Part shown: one piece after another, positions 39,501 through 50,054 of the stretch | How the letters are laid out: each line of letters starts with the position of its first letter | Numbering within the stretch: position 1 is the stretch's first letter | Origin: a bacterium | GTDB lineage: Bacteria > UBA8248 | Reading direction: 5' to 3' | Assembly (NCBI GenBank): GCA_963692865.2 | Contig: OY843592.1 | Coordinates: 2,368,001-2,432,000 of the forward strand | DNA: 64,000 bases | The notes under the pieces: model-generated | What the model saw: the letters and a program-made list of their open reading frames with translations, nothing else | What the model was told of the DNA's origin: nothing | Databases searched by the model: none | Translations under genes and position numbers: made by a program

Positions 39501-39746
39501 TTAGCCGATGACGGACGAGCGGATGATCTGGCGCAACTCCTCGTCGTTCAGCGTGTCGATTTGCTCGAAGGTGATGAGGGCCGTGGTGTCCGGGTCGCCC
39601 CGCTCTCCCCACCAGAGCCGGAAGCTCTTCTCCTGGTAGCTGTAGCGGATGTCCGCGTCGACGCCTTCGATTTCTCCCGCAAGAATGCGGCTCATTCGCT
39701 CCGCCATGGTGCGGCTGTGTTTTCTTTGCGCTTCGATGTTTTCCAC
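39501..39746 (-). CDS. Small hypothetical protein (about 81 aa)
   Basis: Codon usage matches the host. The GTG start follows GGGGAG. No recognisable motif. Confidence 0.55.
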   Translation of the reverse strand: MENIEAQRKHSRTMAERMSRILAGEIEGVDADIRYSYQEKSFRLWWGERGDPDTTALITFEQIDTLNDEELRQIIRSSVIG

Positions 39747-40065
39747 GAAAGCGTCTCCCCATTCTACTCGGTGATTATCCCCAAGGCGGGGCGGGGGATG
39801 GCGCTTTCTCATCCGCCGGGCCGCCGTTTTTCTCATCCTTCAAACGCTCTTCTGCGATCCGCAGAAGATGAGATGCCATGAATGGCTACAGAATATACGT
39901 CTTTCCCTCTTCGAGCACCTCAAATGACGTCCGGGCGCTTTGCCTCCCGGGCGACCCGCCAGATGGAATTGGATGGCCACTCCTTCTGAAGCCTCGTGAA
40001 GGTAAAATTTCCTGCGCGCCGCTCGATTATAGGCACAGCCGAATCGCCTTGGGAAGATATGCCGC

Positions 40066-40791
40066 CTAAACCGCTTCCCACCTCCCGCTTTTGGAGCGCC
40101 TGCGTTTTCCGAAATCGTCCATCTGGGCGACGGTGGAGGCGGGGAATATGGGGCCGTCCGTACAAACGCGCCAGCCCGAGCAAGTGCACTGGCCGCACAG
40201 GCCGACGGCGCACTTCATATACCTCTCGATCGCGAAATACGTCCGCTCGGCGGGCAGTTTCGGCAGGCACGCGGCCATCATCCGCTCGGGACCGCAGACG
40301 GCGTAGCTTTCCGCCTCGACGGGCAGGAGTTCGGTCACCAGGCCCTTGTGTCCCAAAGCGCCGTCTTCTGTGGCGACGTGGACGGGGCCGAGTTCCCTGA
40401 ATTCCTCATAAAAGAGAATCTCGTCCGCCGTGCGCCCGCCGAGGACGAAACAAGGCGCTTCTGAAGCGAGGGCGAGGAGCCTCAATTCCGCAATCCCCAC
40501 GCCGCCGCCGATGAGAGCGGGCCGCTTGAGCGGCGGGTAGCCCTGCCCGAGCGGGCCGCGCAGCCCGATTTCGTCTCCCGGCTTAAGGGCGGCCAGTTTT
40601 TCGGTGAACGCGCCCGCTTTTTTCACGGTAACGGCGTTGGGGTAGGAGAGCGTGAAGGGTTTTTCTCCCAGGCGCGGCAGCCAGACCATCATGAACTGCC
40701 CGGGCGTGGATTCGATTTCCCGATCGAAGAAAACCGTGTGCGTCCACTCGCTTTCCCGGCGGTTCTCCACGACCTTGAAAACGCTACGCAT
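40066..40791 (-). CDS. pyrK: Dihydroorotate dehydrogenase electron transfer subunit
   Basis: PGQFMM, RGPLG, GGGVGIA, CGPERMM, ERYMKCAVGLCGQC...VCTDGP. Confidence 0.92.
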   Translation of the reverse strand: MRSVFKVVENRRESEWTHTVFFDREIESTPGQFMMVWLPRLGEKPFTLSYPNAVTVKKAGAFTEKLAALKPGDEIGLRGPLGQGYPPLKRPALIGGGVGIAELRLLALASEAPCFVLGGRTADEILFYEEFRELGPVHVATEDGALGHKGLVTELLPVEAESYAVCGPERMMAACLPKLPAERTYFAIERYMKCAVGLCGQCTCSGWRVCTDGPIFPASTVAQMDDFGKRRRSKSGRWEAV

Positions 40792-41719
40792 GGGAGCCGC
40801 CCCCATTCACCGCACGATGCGCGGCGCCGATGAGGGCGGACATCGGCTCGCCATCCAGATATTCCTGAATTCCCTCCCAGATTTCTTGGGTGAGGGCCGC
40901 GGCCTCGTGCGTGCTCTTCCGCATGAAGGCGGTGCCGATTCCCAGCACGCCGGCCCCCGCGAGGATATATTCCACCGCGTCCTCCCAGGTTTCGATTCCC
41001 CCGTATGCGACGATGGGGCAGCCGAATCGCGTATACGCCTCATACGTCATGCGCAGGTTGACGGGCTTGAGCGCGGGACCGCTGATGCCGCCCGTCACGC
41101 CCGCGAGGATCGCCGCCCGGCTCTGGATGTCCACGGCCAGCCCCGGCCCAAGTGTATTACCGCAGCCCAGGGCGTCCGCGCCCGCGCTCAGGCAGGAATC
41201 CGCCACGGCGAGGTAGTCGCTGTTGGGCGATAGCTTGGCGATGACGGGCTTGTCCGTCTCCCCGCGCACGCGCTCGATGACCTCGGCGGAGAGGACGGGG
41301 TTCTGGCCGATGCTCTCCATGATGGTCTGCTCGCCCGGCTCCTTGTTCGGGCAGCCCAGGTTCACCTCGATGGCGTCGCCGAACCTCGACATCCGGTTCG
41401 TAACCTCGGCGAACTCACGTGCGTCTCCGCCATACACCGACACAATGAGCTTCGCGTTCTTGAGCTTAATTTCCTCCAGGTCTTGTTCCCAGTCCTCCGC
41501 GCTTTGGGTCGGGAGGGCGAGGGAGTTGAGCACGGCGCCTTCGGGGGGGTATACGACCACGGGGTTGTCGTTGCCGGGCTTCTCGCGGGGGCCGACCGAT
41601 TTCGTAACGTAGCCGCCCAGGCAAGCGCCCGCGCGCTCGAAAGCGGTGAAGACTTCCGGGTAGCTCAGGATGCCGCTGGCGTTGATCAGGGGCGGGTCGA
41701 TCCTTGGGAGCGGTATCAC
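40784..41719 (-). CDS. pyrD: Dihydroorotate dehydrogenase (class 1B)
   Basis: NASG, VTKS, EVNLGCPN, AKLSPN, GGISGPALKP, GGI. Confidence 0.9.
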   Translation of the reverse strand: MIPLPRIDPPLINASGILSYPEVFTAFERAGACLGGYVTKSVGPREKPGNDNPVVVYPPEGAVLNSLALPTQSAEDWEQDLEEIKLKNAKLIVSVYGGDAREFAEVTNRMSRFGDAIEVNLGCPNKEPGEQTIMESIGQNPVLSAEVIERVRGETDKPVIAKLSPNSDYLAVADSCLSAGADALGCGNTLGPGLAVDIQSRAAILAGVTGGISGPALKPVNLRMTYEAYTRFGCPIVAYGGIETWEDAVEYILAGAGVLGIGTAFMRKSTHEAAALTQEIWEGIQEYLDGEPMSALIGAAHRAVNGGGSHA

Positions 41720-41972
41720 GGTCTGCTGCCTCTTCCGAGAGGAAGTGTGCGGGCGGACGGGCTCGATGGATGGAGTATAGTGGGAATGGGCGTTTCAAGC
41801 CAACTTGCAATGAGAAAAATCCGGGTGGCGGAGCTTTGTGGTCTACCGGATTATTGCAAAATGCCCGAAATGGTGGTCTAAATGGCCCTGTTCGCCCTTT
41901 TCGTTGGGCAAAGAAGGAAAGGGCCGCTCAAACACGCGCAAGCCGAGGCCTTGCGCCGAGAGGAAAAATCCC

Positions 41973-42752
41973 GTGGTCGCCATCTTGATCGGCTGCTATC
42001 TCGTAGCGACGCTCACGCACCTCTACCTGCTCTTCACGGGCAGGCCGTCGGGCGTCGTCTACGGCGTCGGAGCGCTGCTCGTGGGGTTCGCGCTTCACAC
42101 CCTCATGCTGGGGGTGAGCTTCGCCTCCGCCACGCCCGAGGGTTGGGGGCCGTGGCTGAGCGGGATGGCGTGGATCATCATCCTGATGTATCTGATCGTC
42201 TACGCGCGCTACCGCGACGTCGCCCTGGGCGGATTCGCCGTGCCGGCGGCGTTCATTCTCGAGGGATACGCAGCCGCTTTTCCCGGCGTGTGGGGCGCGG
42301 GCTCGATCGCCGTGCAGGGCTATCTCCTCAAGGGCCACGCGGTGCTGGCGCTTCTGAGTTGGGCCGCGTTCTTTCTGCTCTTCGCCTCGGCGCTCATGTA
42401 TCTGGTGCAATCCCAGCAGCTCAAATCCCGAAGGCCCAGCGCCTGGCTGCACCGCCTGCCATCGCTCGACATTCTCGACGATCTGAACCACAAGATTCTC
42501 TATTTCGGCTTCGCGTTCCTGACGGCGAGCCTGCTGCTCGGATCGATGTGGGCGAAATCGCGCCACGGCGCCTACTGGAGCCTCGACCCGGTGCGCACCT
42601 GGCCGCTGATACTCATCTGGGGCGCGTACGGACTCCTGCTCGTCTGCCGGCTCACCAGAAGCTGGAAGGGAAAGCGCTCCGCCGTTTTCTCGATGGTGGC
42701 CTTCTTCGCCGCGCTCCTCGCGCTGGTGGTTCATTTCCAGGGAGCGGGTTAG
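41973..42752 (+). CDS. ccsA: Cytochrome c assembly protein CcsA-like (HemX/YpjD type)
   Basis: Multiple TM helices, LPSLDILD, LLGSMWA...YWSLDP. Directly upstream of hemA. Confidence 0.8.
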   Translation: MVAILIGCYLVATLTHLYLLFTGRPSGVVYGVGALLVGFALHTLMLGVSFASATPEGWGPWLSGMAWIIILMYLIVYARYRDVALGGFAVPAAFILEGYAAAFPGVWGAGSIAVQGYLLKGHAVLALLSWAAFFLLFASALMYLVQSQQLKSRRPSAWLHRLPSLDILDDLNHKILYFGFAFLTASLLLGSMWAKSRHGAYWSLDPVRTWPLILIWGAYGLLLVCRLTRSWKGKRSAVFSMVAFFAALLALVVHFQGAG

Positions 42753-42755
42753 AAG

Positions 42756-44066
42756 ATGTCCATCATTCTCGCGGGCGTGAGCCATCACAACACGCCGCTC
42801 AGCATTCGCGAGCGCCTCTACTTCCCCGAAGACCACATGGGGGAGTGGCTCGACCGGCTGGCGGGCTACAGCGGGCTGGAGGAGCGCCTCATCCTCTCTA
42901 CCTGCAACCGGGTGGAAGTCTACAGCGCGGCGGAAGATTTCGAGGTGGGGCTCGACGCGATCCACCGCTTCTTCCTGGAATCGCGCGACGTCGGCCCGGA
43001 TGAGCTGAACGCCCACCTCTACGTTCACCGGGAGGACGAGGCCACGCGCCACCTGTTCACCGTGGCGTCGAGCCTCGATTCCATGGTAGTCGGCGAACCG
43101 CAGATTCTGGGGCAGGTGAAAGAAGCCTACCGGGTCGCTCACGCCTCGGGCCACGCCGGCAAGGCGCTCACGAACCTCTTCTCCCGCGCGTTTCGCGTGG
43201 CGAAGAAGATTCGCGAGCAGACGCCGATTGGCGAGTCGCCCGTATCGGTGAGTTCCGTGGCCGTGGACTTGGCGAAAAGGATATTCGGCTCTCTCGGGGG
43301 CAAGAACGTGCTCCTGCTCGGCGCGGGCGAGATGGGCGAGGCGGCGGCGCGGCACTTAAAGGCGAGCGGGGCCGACACCCTTCGCGTGGCGAACAGGACG
43401 CTCGCGCGCGCTCAGGAGCTGGCTTCCAGGCTCAAGGGCCGCGCCGTGAGTTTCGACAATCTCGAAGGAGCGCTCATCGACGCCGACGTCGTCATCGCTT
43501 CGACTTCCTCGCAGGGCTTCGTTCTCGACAAGCCGACCGTGGCGGCCGCTCTGGAGCAGCGCCGCGGCGCGCCGGTCTTTCTCATCGACATCGCCGTGCC
43601 GAGGAACGTGGCCCCCGACGTGAACGACCTGGAAGACGCCTATCTCTACGACGTGGACGATCTCCAGTCCGTCGCGGCGGACAACCTGCGGGGGCGCGAG
43701 GAGGTCGCCCGCGACGCGCGCGCGATACTGGAAACAGAAGTGGAGACCTATCTCGCCCGCCAGAAGGCGGAGGAGCTCAGGCATACCTTCGCGGCCATAC
43801 GCTTCTTCGCGGAGTCGATGCGCGAGGCGGAAGTCGAAAAAACTTTTCAAAGACTGCCCGAACTGGGCGAGGGCGGCCGCGATGCGCTCGACGCCATGAC
43901 GAAGGCGCTGGTCAACAAGCTCCTCCACCATCCCTTCGCCGTCCTGCGCCAAATGGCGGATGAGGACGTGGAAGGGATTTCGGTCGAATCCGTCCAGAAG
44001 CTCTTCGGCGTGGAGTCCGAGAGCGATGAAGATCCTCCCGAAGCGTCAGCAGAAGAATCGGACTGA
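42756..44066 (+). CDS. hemA: Glutamyl-tRNA reductase
   Basis: LSTCNRVE, SLDSMVVGEPQILGQVK, GAGEMG, DIAVPRNV. Confidence 0.97.
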   Translation: MSIILAGVSHHNTPLSIRERLYFPEDHMGEWLDRLAGYSGLEERLILSTCNRVEVYSAAEDFEVGLDAIHRFFLESRDVGPDELNAHLYVHREDEATRHLFTVASSLDSMVVGEPQILGQVKEAYRVAHASGHAGKALTNLFSRAFRVAKKIREQTPIGESPVSVSSVAVDLAKRIFGSLGGKNVLLLGAGEMGEAAARHLKASGADTLRVANRTLARAQELASRLKGRAVSFDNLEGALIDADVVIASTSSQGFVLDKPTVAAALEQRRGAPVFLIDIAVPRNVAPDVNDLEDAYLYDVDDLQSVAADNLRGREEVARDARAILETEVETYLARQKAEELRHTFAAIRFFAESMREAEVEKTFQRLPELGEGGRDALDAMTKALVNKLLHHPFAVLRQMADEDVEGISVESVQKLFGVESESDEDPPEASAEESD

Positions 44067-44069
44067 ACC

Positions 44070-44990
44070 ATGAGCGAAACGCTGCGCTTAGGCTCCCGGG
44101 GTAGCGCGCTGGCGCGCGCGCAGACGGCTCTGGTGGCCTCGCAAGTGGAGGAGTTGAACCCGGGCCTCGTCGTGGAGGAAGTCATCGTCCGCACGCGGGG
44201 AGACGCCTTGCTCGGCTCCCCGATCCACGAACTCGGCGGCAAGGGGCTTTTCGTCAAGGAGATCGAAGACGCCCTGCTGCGAGGCGAAATCGACGCCGCC
44301 GTCCATAGCCTGAAGGACCTGCCGAGCGAACTGCCCGAAGGCCTCATCCTGGCCTCGATACCCGAACGGGAAGAACCCTGGGACGCCCTGGTTTCGCGGG
44401 GCGGGGAATCGATCCGCGGCCTGGCGCCGGGCGGCAGAATCGGCACGAGCAGCCTGAGGCGCATCGCGCAGATAAGGCGCTACCGGAGCGATCTGGAGAT
44501 TGTGGAACTGCGCGGAAACGTGGACACGCGCCTCGAGAAAGTGGCGGCGGGCGAGGTCGAGGCCGCGGTTCTCGCCTTGGCGGGTCTCAAGCGGCTGGGG
44601 CTGGAGGAGCGGGCGACCGAATCGCTTGCGCCCGAACTCATGCTGCCCGCCGCGGGGCAGGGCGCGCTCGCGGTCGAGACGCGGGAGGATGATGCGGCGG
44701 CGCGACGCCTCGTTGGATATCTCGATCATCCGGAGACGAGACGCGCCGTGATGGCCGAGCGGGCCGTGATGGCGCGCCTGGAGGGAGGATGCCAGTTGCC
44801 TCTCGCCGTCTTCGCGGAGAATCGGAAAAACGGGTTTCTCATCAAAGCCCGCCTCGCGAGCGTGGACGGCGAGCGGATGGTGGAGAAAGAACGAACGGGC
44901 CGGCCTGATGACGCCATGCGTTTGGCCGAAGACCTTGCAGAGGACGTTCTCGCAAGCGGCGGCGCGGAGATATTGAGGGACGCGCGATGA
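44070..44990 (+). CDS. hemC: Hydroxymethylbilane synthase
   Basis: GSRGSALA, GGKGLFVKE, VHSLKDLP, GTSSLRR, LEGGCQLP. Confidence 0.97.
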   Translation: MSETLRLGSRGSALARAQTALVASQVEELNPGLVVEEVIVRTRGDALLGSPIHELGGKGLFVKEIEDALLRGEIDAAVHSLKDLPSELPEGLILASIPEREEPWDALVSRGGESIRGLAPGGRIGTSSLRRIAQIRRYRSDLEIVELRGNVDTRLEKVAAGEVEAAVLALAGLKRLGLEERATESLAPELMLPAAGQGALAVETREDDAAARRLVGYLDHPETRRAVMAERAVMARLEGGCQLPLAVFAENRKNGFLIKARLASVDGERMVEKERTGRPDDAMRLAEDLAEDVLASGGAEILRDAR

Positions 44991-45826
44991 GTGACTCCCG
45001 AAGCCGGGGAGCAGACGCGCGTCCTCTCGCAGGCAAGACAATCCTCGTCACGCGCCCCGAGCAGGGGGCCTCGCGCATGGGCGAGACGCTTTCGGACCTG
45101 GGCGCCTGCGTGCGTCTCGCGCCCATGATACGAATTACGGAGCCTGAAGATTGGGCACCGGTGGATGCGGCGATTCGCGCGCTGGATGAATATCAGCGGA
45201 TAATCTTCACGAGCGCGAACGGACCGAAATATCTGGCGAAAAGGCTCGGCGATCTCGGCGCTGCGCCAGAGGCGATCCCCACGGAAACGTCGATCCTGGC
45301 CGTCGGGCCCGCCACGGCCGCCGCTGTGGAGAAATATCTGGGTAGGACGCCCGATATGGTGGCCGGAACATACGCGGCGGAGGGCGTCGTCGCGCTCTTT
45401 CAGGATCAGGATATGGCCGGGGAGCGCGTCCTGCTGGCGCGGGCGAAAGAGGGGAGAGACGCCATCCCGAAAGCGCTCACGGAAATGGAGGCCTTCGTTG
45501 ATGACGTGGCCGTCTACCGGACGACGCCGCTGGGGCGCGAGGCGCTGCGCGAGGTGCGGGGAGAGCTTGAAGCCGGAAAAATTGATATGCTTACCTTCAC
45601 GAGTTCCTCCGCGCTCGACGGCTTCATGCGGGCGGCGGGCGAGGGGGGGGCGAAAAAATGGATGCAGCGCGCGCGCGTGGCCTCCATCGGCCCTGCGACA
45701 ACCGCCGCGGCGCGCGAGTGGGGCGTCGAGCCGGACGTGGAGGCCGCCGAATCGACGATTCCCGGCCTGACGAGGGCAATCGTCTCATTTTACGAAGAAC
45801 CGGAGCGGGGCGAGCGCGCCTCATGA
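44987..45826 (+). CDS. hemD: Uroporphyrinogen-III synthase
   Basis: LVTRP, FTSANG, AVGPAT, VYRT, FTSSS, SIGPAT. Confidence 0.93.
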   Translation: MSDSRSRGADARPLAGKTILVTRPEQGASRMGETLSDLGACVRLAPMIRITEPEDWAPVDAAIRALDEYQRIIFTSANGPKYLAKRLGDLGAAPEAIPTETSILAVGPATAAAVEKYLGRTPDMVAGTYAAEGVVALFQDQDMAGERVLLARAKEGRDAIPKALTEMEAFVDDVAVYRTTPLGREALREVRGELEAGKIDMLTFTSSSALDGFMRAAGEGGAKKWMQRARVASIGPATTAAAREWGVEPDVEAAESTIPGLTRAIVSFYEEPERGERAS

Positions 45827-45842
45827 AAGGGAGTATGACCCG

Positions 45843-46880
45843 ATGACGAGCAACGACGCCTTCACCCTCCCGGCGACCGGGAGCGACGTGAAGAACCGCA
45901 CCAGGCGCACGCGGGAGACGGCCGCCATGCGCCGCATGGTGCGCGAGACGCATCTTTCGGTGGACAACCTCATCTACCCGATGTTCGTGGTCGAGGGCGA
46001 GAACGTCAAGAGCGAAATTTCCTCCATGCCCGGACAATACCAGCTCTCCGTCGACAGGCTGGTGGCCGATTGCGCGGAAATCGTTGCCCTCGACATACCC
46101 GGCGTCATCCTGTTCGGGATTCCCGATCACAAGGACGGCATCGCGAGCGGGGCATACGCGGAAGACGGCGTGGTGCAGAACGCGGTGCGCGCGCTCAAGG
46201 AGGCCTGGCCCGAGCTTTGCGTCATCACGGACGTCTGTCTTTGCGAATACATGGACCACGGCCACTGCGGCATCATCGAGGGCGAGAAGGTATTGAACGA
46301 CCCCACGCTCGAGCTTCTCGACCGGACGGCGGTGAGCCACGCGGAGGCGGGGGCCGACATCATCGCCCCGTCGGACATGATGGACGGCCGGGTCGGCACG
46401 ATCCGCGCGGCCCTGGATGCAGGCGGGTTCGCGCAGACGCCCATCATGGCTTATTCGTCAAAGTTCGCGAGCGCCTTCTACGGGCCGTTCCGAGAGGCGG
46501 CGGAGAGCGCGCCCGCCTTCGGGGACAGGAGTTCCTACCAGATGGACCCGGCCAACGCGCGCGAGGCGGTGCGCGAGATAAGGCTCGACGTTGAGGAGGG
46601 GGCGGACATCGTGATGGTGAAGCCCGCGCTCGTCTATCTCGACGTCATCGCCAGGGCGCGCGAGATCACGGACCTTCCCGTCGCCGCCTACAACGTATCG
46701 GGCGAATTCGCCATGCTGGCGGCGGCCTGCCGCAACGGTTGGATCGACCCCGAGCGCGCTTTCATGGAAACGCTCACCTCCATCCGCCGCGCGGGCGCGG
46801 ACATCATTCTCACCTACTTCGCCAAGGACGCCGCGAGAAGACTCCGGGGGGACGAGGCGACGCCGCTTTCGTGGATGTAG
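45843..46880 (+). CDS. hemB: Porphobilinogen synthase (Zn-type)
   Basis: [42 protein letters not shown]. Confidence 0.97.
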   Translation: MTSNDAFTLPATGSDVKNRTRRTRETAAMRRMVRETHLSVDNLIYPMFVVEGENVKSEISSMPGQYQLSVDRLVADCAEIVALDIPGVILFGIPDHKDGIASGAYAEDGVVQNAVRALKEAWPELCVITDVCLCEYMDHGHCGIIEGEKVLNDPTLELLDRTAVSHAEAGADIIAPSDMMDGRVGTIRAALDAGGFAQTPIMAYSSKFASAFYGPFREAAESAPAFGDRSSYQMDPANAREAVREIRLDVEEGADIVMVKPALVYLDVIARAREITDLPVAAYNVSGEFAMLAAACRNGWIDPERAFMETLTSIRRAGADIILTYFAKDAARRLRGDEATPLSWM

Positions 46881-47029
46881 GGAGAGTTCTGACAAGTTAG
46901 AAAATCGACCTGTCTCGCGATGGAGTATATCGTCGGTTTATGAGTTGAACTGTCGAACCCCACGAGTCGATATCGGACCCATGCCAACCGCCTCGGCGTA
47001 TTCGCCTCACAGAAAGAAATGGTGGCGCA

Positions 47030-47227
47030 ATGGGCAAGAAAAAGACGGAACAAAAAGTGATTGTCGTGCAACCAGGGATTCTGAACCACGCCGACGCGGA
47101 CAGGTTCGAGAAGGCGTGTGAGAGATACCTCAAGAAAGTCACGAAATCGAAAAAAACCGCGAGGGAGGCTCTTGTCAGGTTGGGGACCCACACGCCCGAC
47201 GGACAACTAACCGAACGATTCAGGTAG
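47030..47227 (+). CDS. Small basic hypothetical protein, possible antitoxin-like partner
   Basis: 65 aa ending SKKTAREALVRLGTHTPDGQLTERFR, followed 3 nt later by a truncated YHGC ORF. Confidence 0.55.
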   Translation: MGKKKTEQKVIVVQPGILNHADADRFEKACERYLKKVTKSKKTAREALVRLGTHTPDGQLTERFR

Positions 47228-47230
47228 AAA

Positions 47231-47290
47231 TTGCACCGCCTGACGACGACTTTCGTGCTCGGGTATCACGGGTGCGGAATTGGTCTTTGA
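47231..47290 (+). pseudogene. 5' stub of a YHG[CT]-motif (ADP-ribosyltransferase-like) gene
   Basis: TTG-started LHRLTTTFVLGYHGCGIGL*, ending just before repeat cassette D. Confidence 0.4.
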
Positions 47291-47323
47291 ACAGCACTAC
47301 CAACCGACGAGAGAGAAGAGAAC

Positions 47324-47960
47324 CACTCCCCCCTTGAGGGAGTTGTTGAAAAACCTATTCCTCTCGCATCAACCACGTTTTACCCGTAGGTCGGACATAT
47401 ATGTCCGACATATTATGCGACCCGGCCTTTTCGCTCTTCCGATGGCGGGCCGCATAATATGCGCCCCCTACGAAACCAACCCCCTTACCCCCCTTTGTCG
47501 GGGGTCAATTTCGAGCGATGAGCGAGAAATTGCGTACCGATGTGTTTCTCATCAATGGTTTATGCAAACGCTCGTTCCTCGGGGCTGTTGAAAAAGTCCA
47601 GAGAAGGAGCGCACTAACTTTCACTCCCCCCTTAAGGGGATTTGTTGAAAAAACCCGATATGGGAGAATTTGCCGTCATTCCGGCGTCATCATCGTTTTG
47701 TTGTAGGTCGGACATATATGTCCGACATAGTATGCGACCCGGATTTTCACGCCTCCTGCGAACGGGCCGCATACTATGCGGCCCCTACACATCCCCCCGC
47801 ATGGCGACCGTAGGGGCAGTTCGCGAACTGTGGGACAACCCCGAGGAGGGGTTGTCACTACAAAACCATCGTCCCCCCACCGGTTCAGCCTTCGCGCAAT
47901 TCGCTCGGCTTCACCGTTGGGCTTTCCCCTCGGGAAGCCCAACCCTCAAGGGGGGAGTGA
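47324..47960. repeat. Composite intergenic repeat cassette D
   Basis: CACTCCCCCCTT(G/A)AGGG at 47324 and about 47622, inverse CCCTCAAGGGGGGAGTG near 47943. GTTGAAAAA occurs three times. An about 86-bp unit GTAGGTCGGACATATATGTCCGAC...CCCCTAC occurs at 47386 and 47703. GGGACAACCCCGAGGAGGGGTTGTC is also present. Confidence 0.85.
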
Positions 47961-48315
47961 TGTCTCCTCTCTCACCGGTTGGTTCTATAGGATGAATTGC
48001 AATTCAGGGGGTTTTATATCACGACCCCTGCGGTCGTCGGGGCGATCGGCAACTTAAAACCCTGTCTTGATTCGTCTCGCCATTACTCCTCCTTGCGGTT
48101 CCGTCTAAAGCATAAAATACTTGTAATCGCACAGCATGATTTCTTTGCAGGAGCACGAATGAACGTGGAGGCTCCATCTTGATATTCCACGCTCATCTCA
48201 CCACCCCATCCGCCCCCCTTGCGCATCGCTTCGCCTTGGCGTTATGGTGAGGGCGCAAACAAACTGGACAAACGGAATTTTTCTTTCCTTACACTGCAGC
48301 AGGAGGAATCGGGGA

Positions 48316-49506
48316 ATGTCGGATAAAGACGTCGTTTTTCTGGGCGGAGCGCGGACGCCGTTCGGCGGTTTTCTGGGCACCTTGAAGGAGATGTCGGCGA
48401 CGGAACTGGGCGCGCTGGCGGCGAAAGAGGCGATGTCGCGCTCGGGCGTCACGCCCGAGGACATCGACCACACCGTGGTGGGCAACGTCATCCAGTCGAA
48501 CTCCGACGGCGTCTACATCGGCAGGCACGTCGCGCTTGCGGCGGGCGTCCCGCTGGAGCGGCCCGGCTACTGCGTGAACCGCATGTGCGCCTCGGGCTTC
48601 CAGGCGGTGGTGAGCGGGGCGAAGGAGATCATGACCGAAGACGCCGACGTGGTGCTCGCCGTGGGGGCGGAGAACATGAGCCTCACGCCGCACGTCATCA
48701 GGAATTCGCGGACCGGGATGAAGCTCTTCCAGGCCCCGATGGAGGACGGCCTCTACACGGCGCTCACCGACACCATGGCGAACGTGCCGATGGGCATCAC
48801 GGCGGAGAACCTGGCGGAAAAATACGACCTGCACCGGGAAGGGGTGGACGAGTTCGCCGCACTATCGCAGGCGCGCGCGCACGACGCGTGGGAGAGCGGG
48901 CGGCTGGCTGAGGAGTGCTTCGCGGTCGAGGTTAAGGAGCGCAGGAAGACGATCACCCTCGAGCGCGACGAGCACCCCCGCGCGGACTCGAACGAGGAAT
49001 CGCTCGCGCGGCTCCGGCCCGCCTTCAAGGAGGACGGCGTGGTGACGGCGGGCAACGCGAGCGGCATCAACGACGGAGCGGCGGCGCTTGTCATATCTTC
49101 GAGAGCGGCGGCCGAACGCCTGGACCGGAAACCCGTCGGGCGGCTCGTCTCCTGGGGCGTTTCGGGGTGCGACCCCAAGATCATGGGCATCGGGCCTGCT
49201 GAGAGCAGCCGCATCGCGCTCAAAAAGGCGGGGCTCCAACTCGACGACATGGACCTGATCGAGATAAACGAGGCGTTCTCGGCCCAGTATCTCGCGGTGG
49301 AGAAGGAACTCGGCCTCGACCGCGAGAAGACGAACGTGAACGGCGGCGCCATCGCCATCGGCCACCCCGTGGGCGCGAGCGGGGCGAGGCTGACCCTCAC
49401 CATCCTGCACGAGCTCAGGCGCCGGGGCGGGAAGTACGGCCTCGCCGGCGCGTGCATCGGCGGCGGCATGGGGCTTTCGGTGATCGTCGAGGCGTATGGG
49501 GCGTAA
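48316..49506 (+). CDS. Acetyl-CoA C-acyltransferase (thiolase)
   Basis: NRMCASG, TAGNASGINDGA, NEAF, GHPVGASG, CIGGG. Confidence 0.95.
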   Translation: MSDKDVVFLGGARTPFGGFLGTLKEMSATELGALAAKEAMSRSGVTPEDIDHTVVGNVIQSNSDGVYIGRHVALAAGVPLERPGYCVNRMCASGFQAVVSGAKEIMTEDADVVLAVGAENMSLTPHVIRNSRTGMKLFQAPMEDGLYTALTDTMANVPMGITAENLAEKYDLHREGVDEFAALSQARAHDAWESGRLAEECFAVEVKERRKTITLERDEHPRADSNEESLARLRPAFKEDGVVTAGNASGINDGAAALVISSRAAAERLDRKPVGRLVSWGVSGCDPKIMGIGPAESSRIALKKAGLQLDDMDLIEINEAFSAQYLAVEKELGLDREKTNVNGGAIAIGHPVGASGARLTLTILHELRRRGGKYGLAGACIGGGMGLSVIVEAYGA

Positions 49507-49570
49507 TACCGGCAGACGGGTCATGTAAGCGCATGGGACCCGGCCTTTTGCACCAAAATCCGCCCGGCGG
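49363..49570 (+). repeat. Direct repeat copy 1 (thiolase 3' end plus downstream DNA)
   Basis: Matches 50907-51114 at an offset of 1544 with a few substitutions. Confidence 0.92.
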
Positions 49571-49674
49571 TGGGAGGAGACCCATAACGCCGCCGGCGGT
49601 TGGAACCGGCTGCATGTGGCGCCGACCCGAAAACGGCGCGCATGCGATTTGCTTCATGCACACGAGGATGAAGC

Positions 49675-49870
49675 ATGGCGCGGCGCAACGCGAGGGCGCG
49701 GCGGCAGGTGGGAAATTGCGCGCACGAGGGCAAGGAGCGCGTAAACAACCCGCACGTCAACCAGATTACCCCAGACGCGGACCGGGATGCGGGCGCGAAG
49801 ACCCGGGCGCACGACCCGCACATCGCCCCCATCTCTCATGGGCGGGCAAGGTTGAGCACACGTCGTCCGG
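49675..49870 (+). pseudogene. Frameshifted N-terminal remnant of a type III Mod-like DNA methyltransferase
   Basis: HEGKERVNNP..NQITPDADRDAGAKTRAHDPHIAP, then a frameshift into LSWAGKVEHTS. It resembles the R.NNP...YDPH.DP.L.WAGK.EHTS N-terminus that I recall for these methyltransferases. Confidence 0.55.
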
Positions 49871-50054
49871 CGCCGGGCGCAAAGACCTGGCGGCGACCCA
49901 GGATTCCGTCCAAACCCATAACCCCCACCCCACCAACTGGTACACCGACGCGGACTTTATTCGACTTCCGCCTCGTGGTGTAATGCGCCCAAGTGGACGC
50001 ATTTTGCGACTCCAGAGAGAAGAGCCGCCAAGCCGGAGAGGGGGGAGTGAAACC

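Noticed and set aside
39840-40060. Possible gene remnant or second UGA read-through downstream of pyrK
   Set aside because: No recognisable motif in any frame and no Cys-like context or convincing hairpin after the TGA.
47386-47790. Repeated palindrome GTCGGACATATATGTCCGAC as a possible CRISPR array
   Set aside because: Only two copies, 317 bp apart, with no regular unique spacers and no cas genes. It is part of a REP-like cassette.
47960-48200. AT-rich stretch with a minus-strand AAGGAGGAG-ATG
   Set aside because: The frame closes after 9 codons and has no identifiable homology. It may be decayed DNA but cannot be supported.
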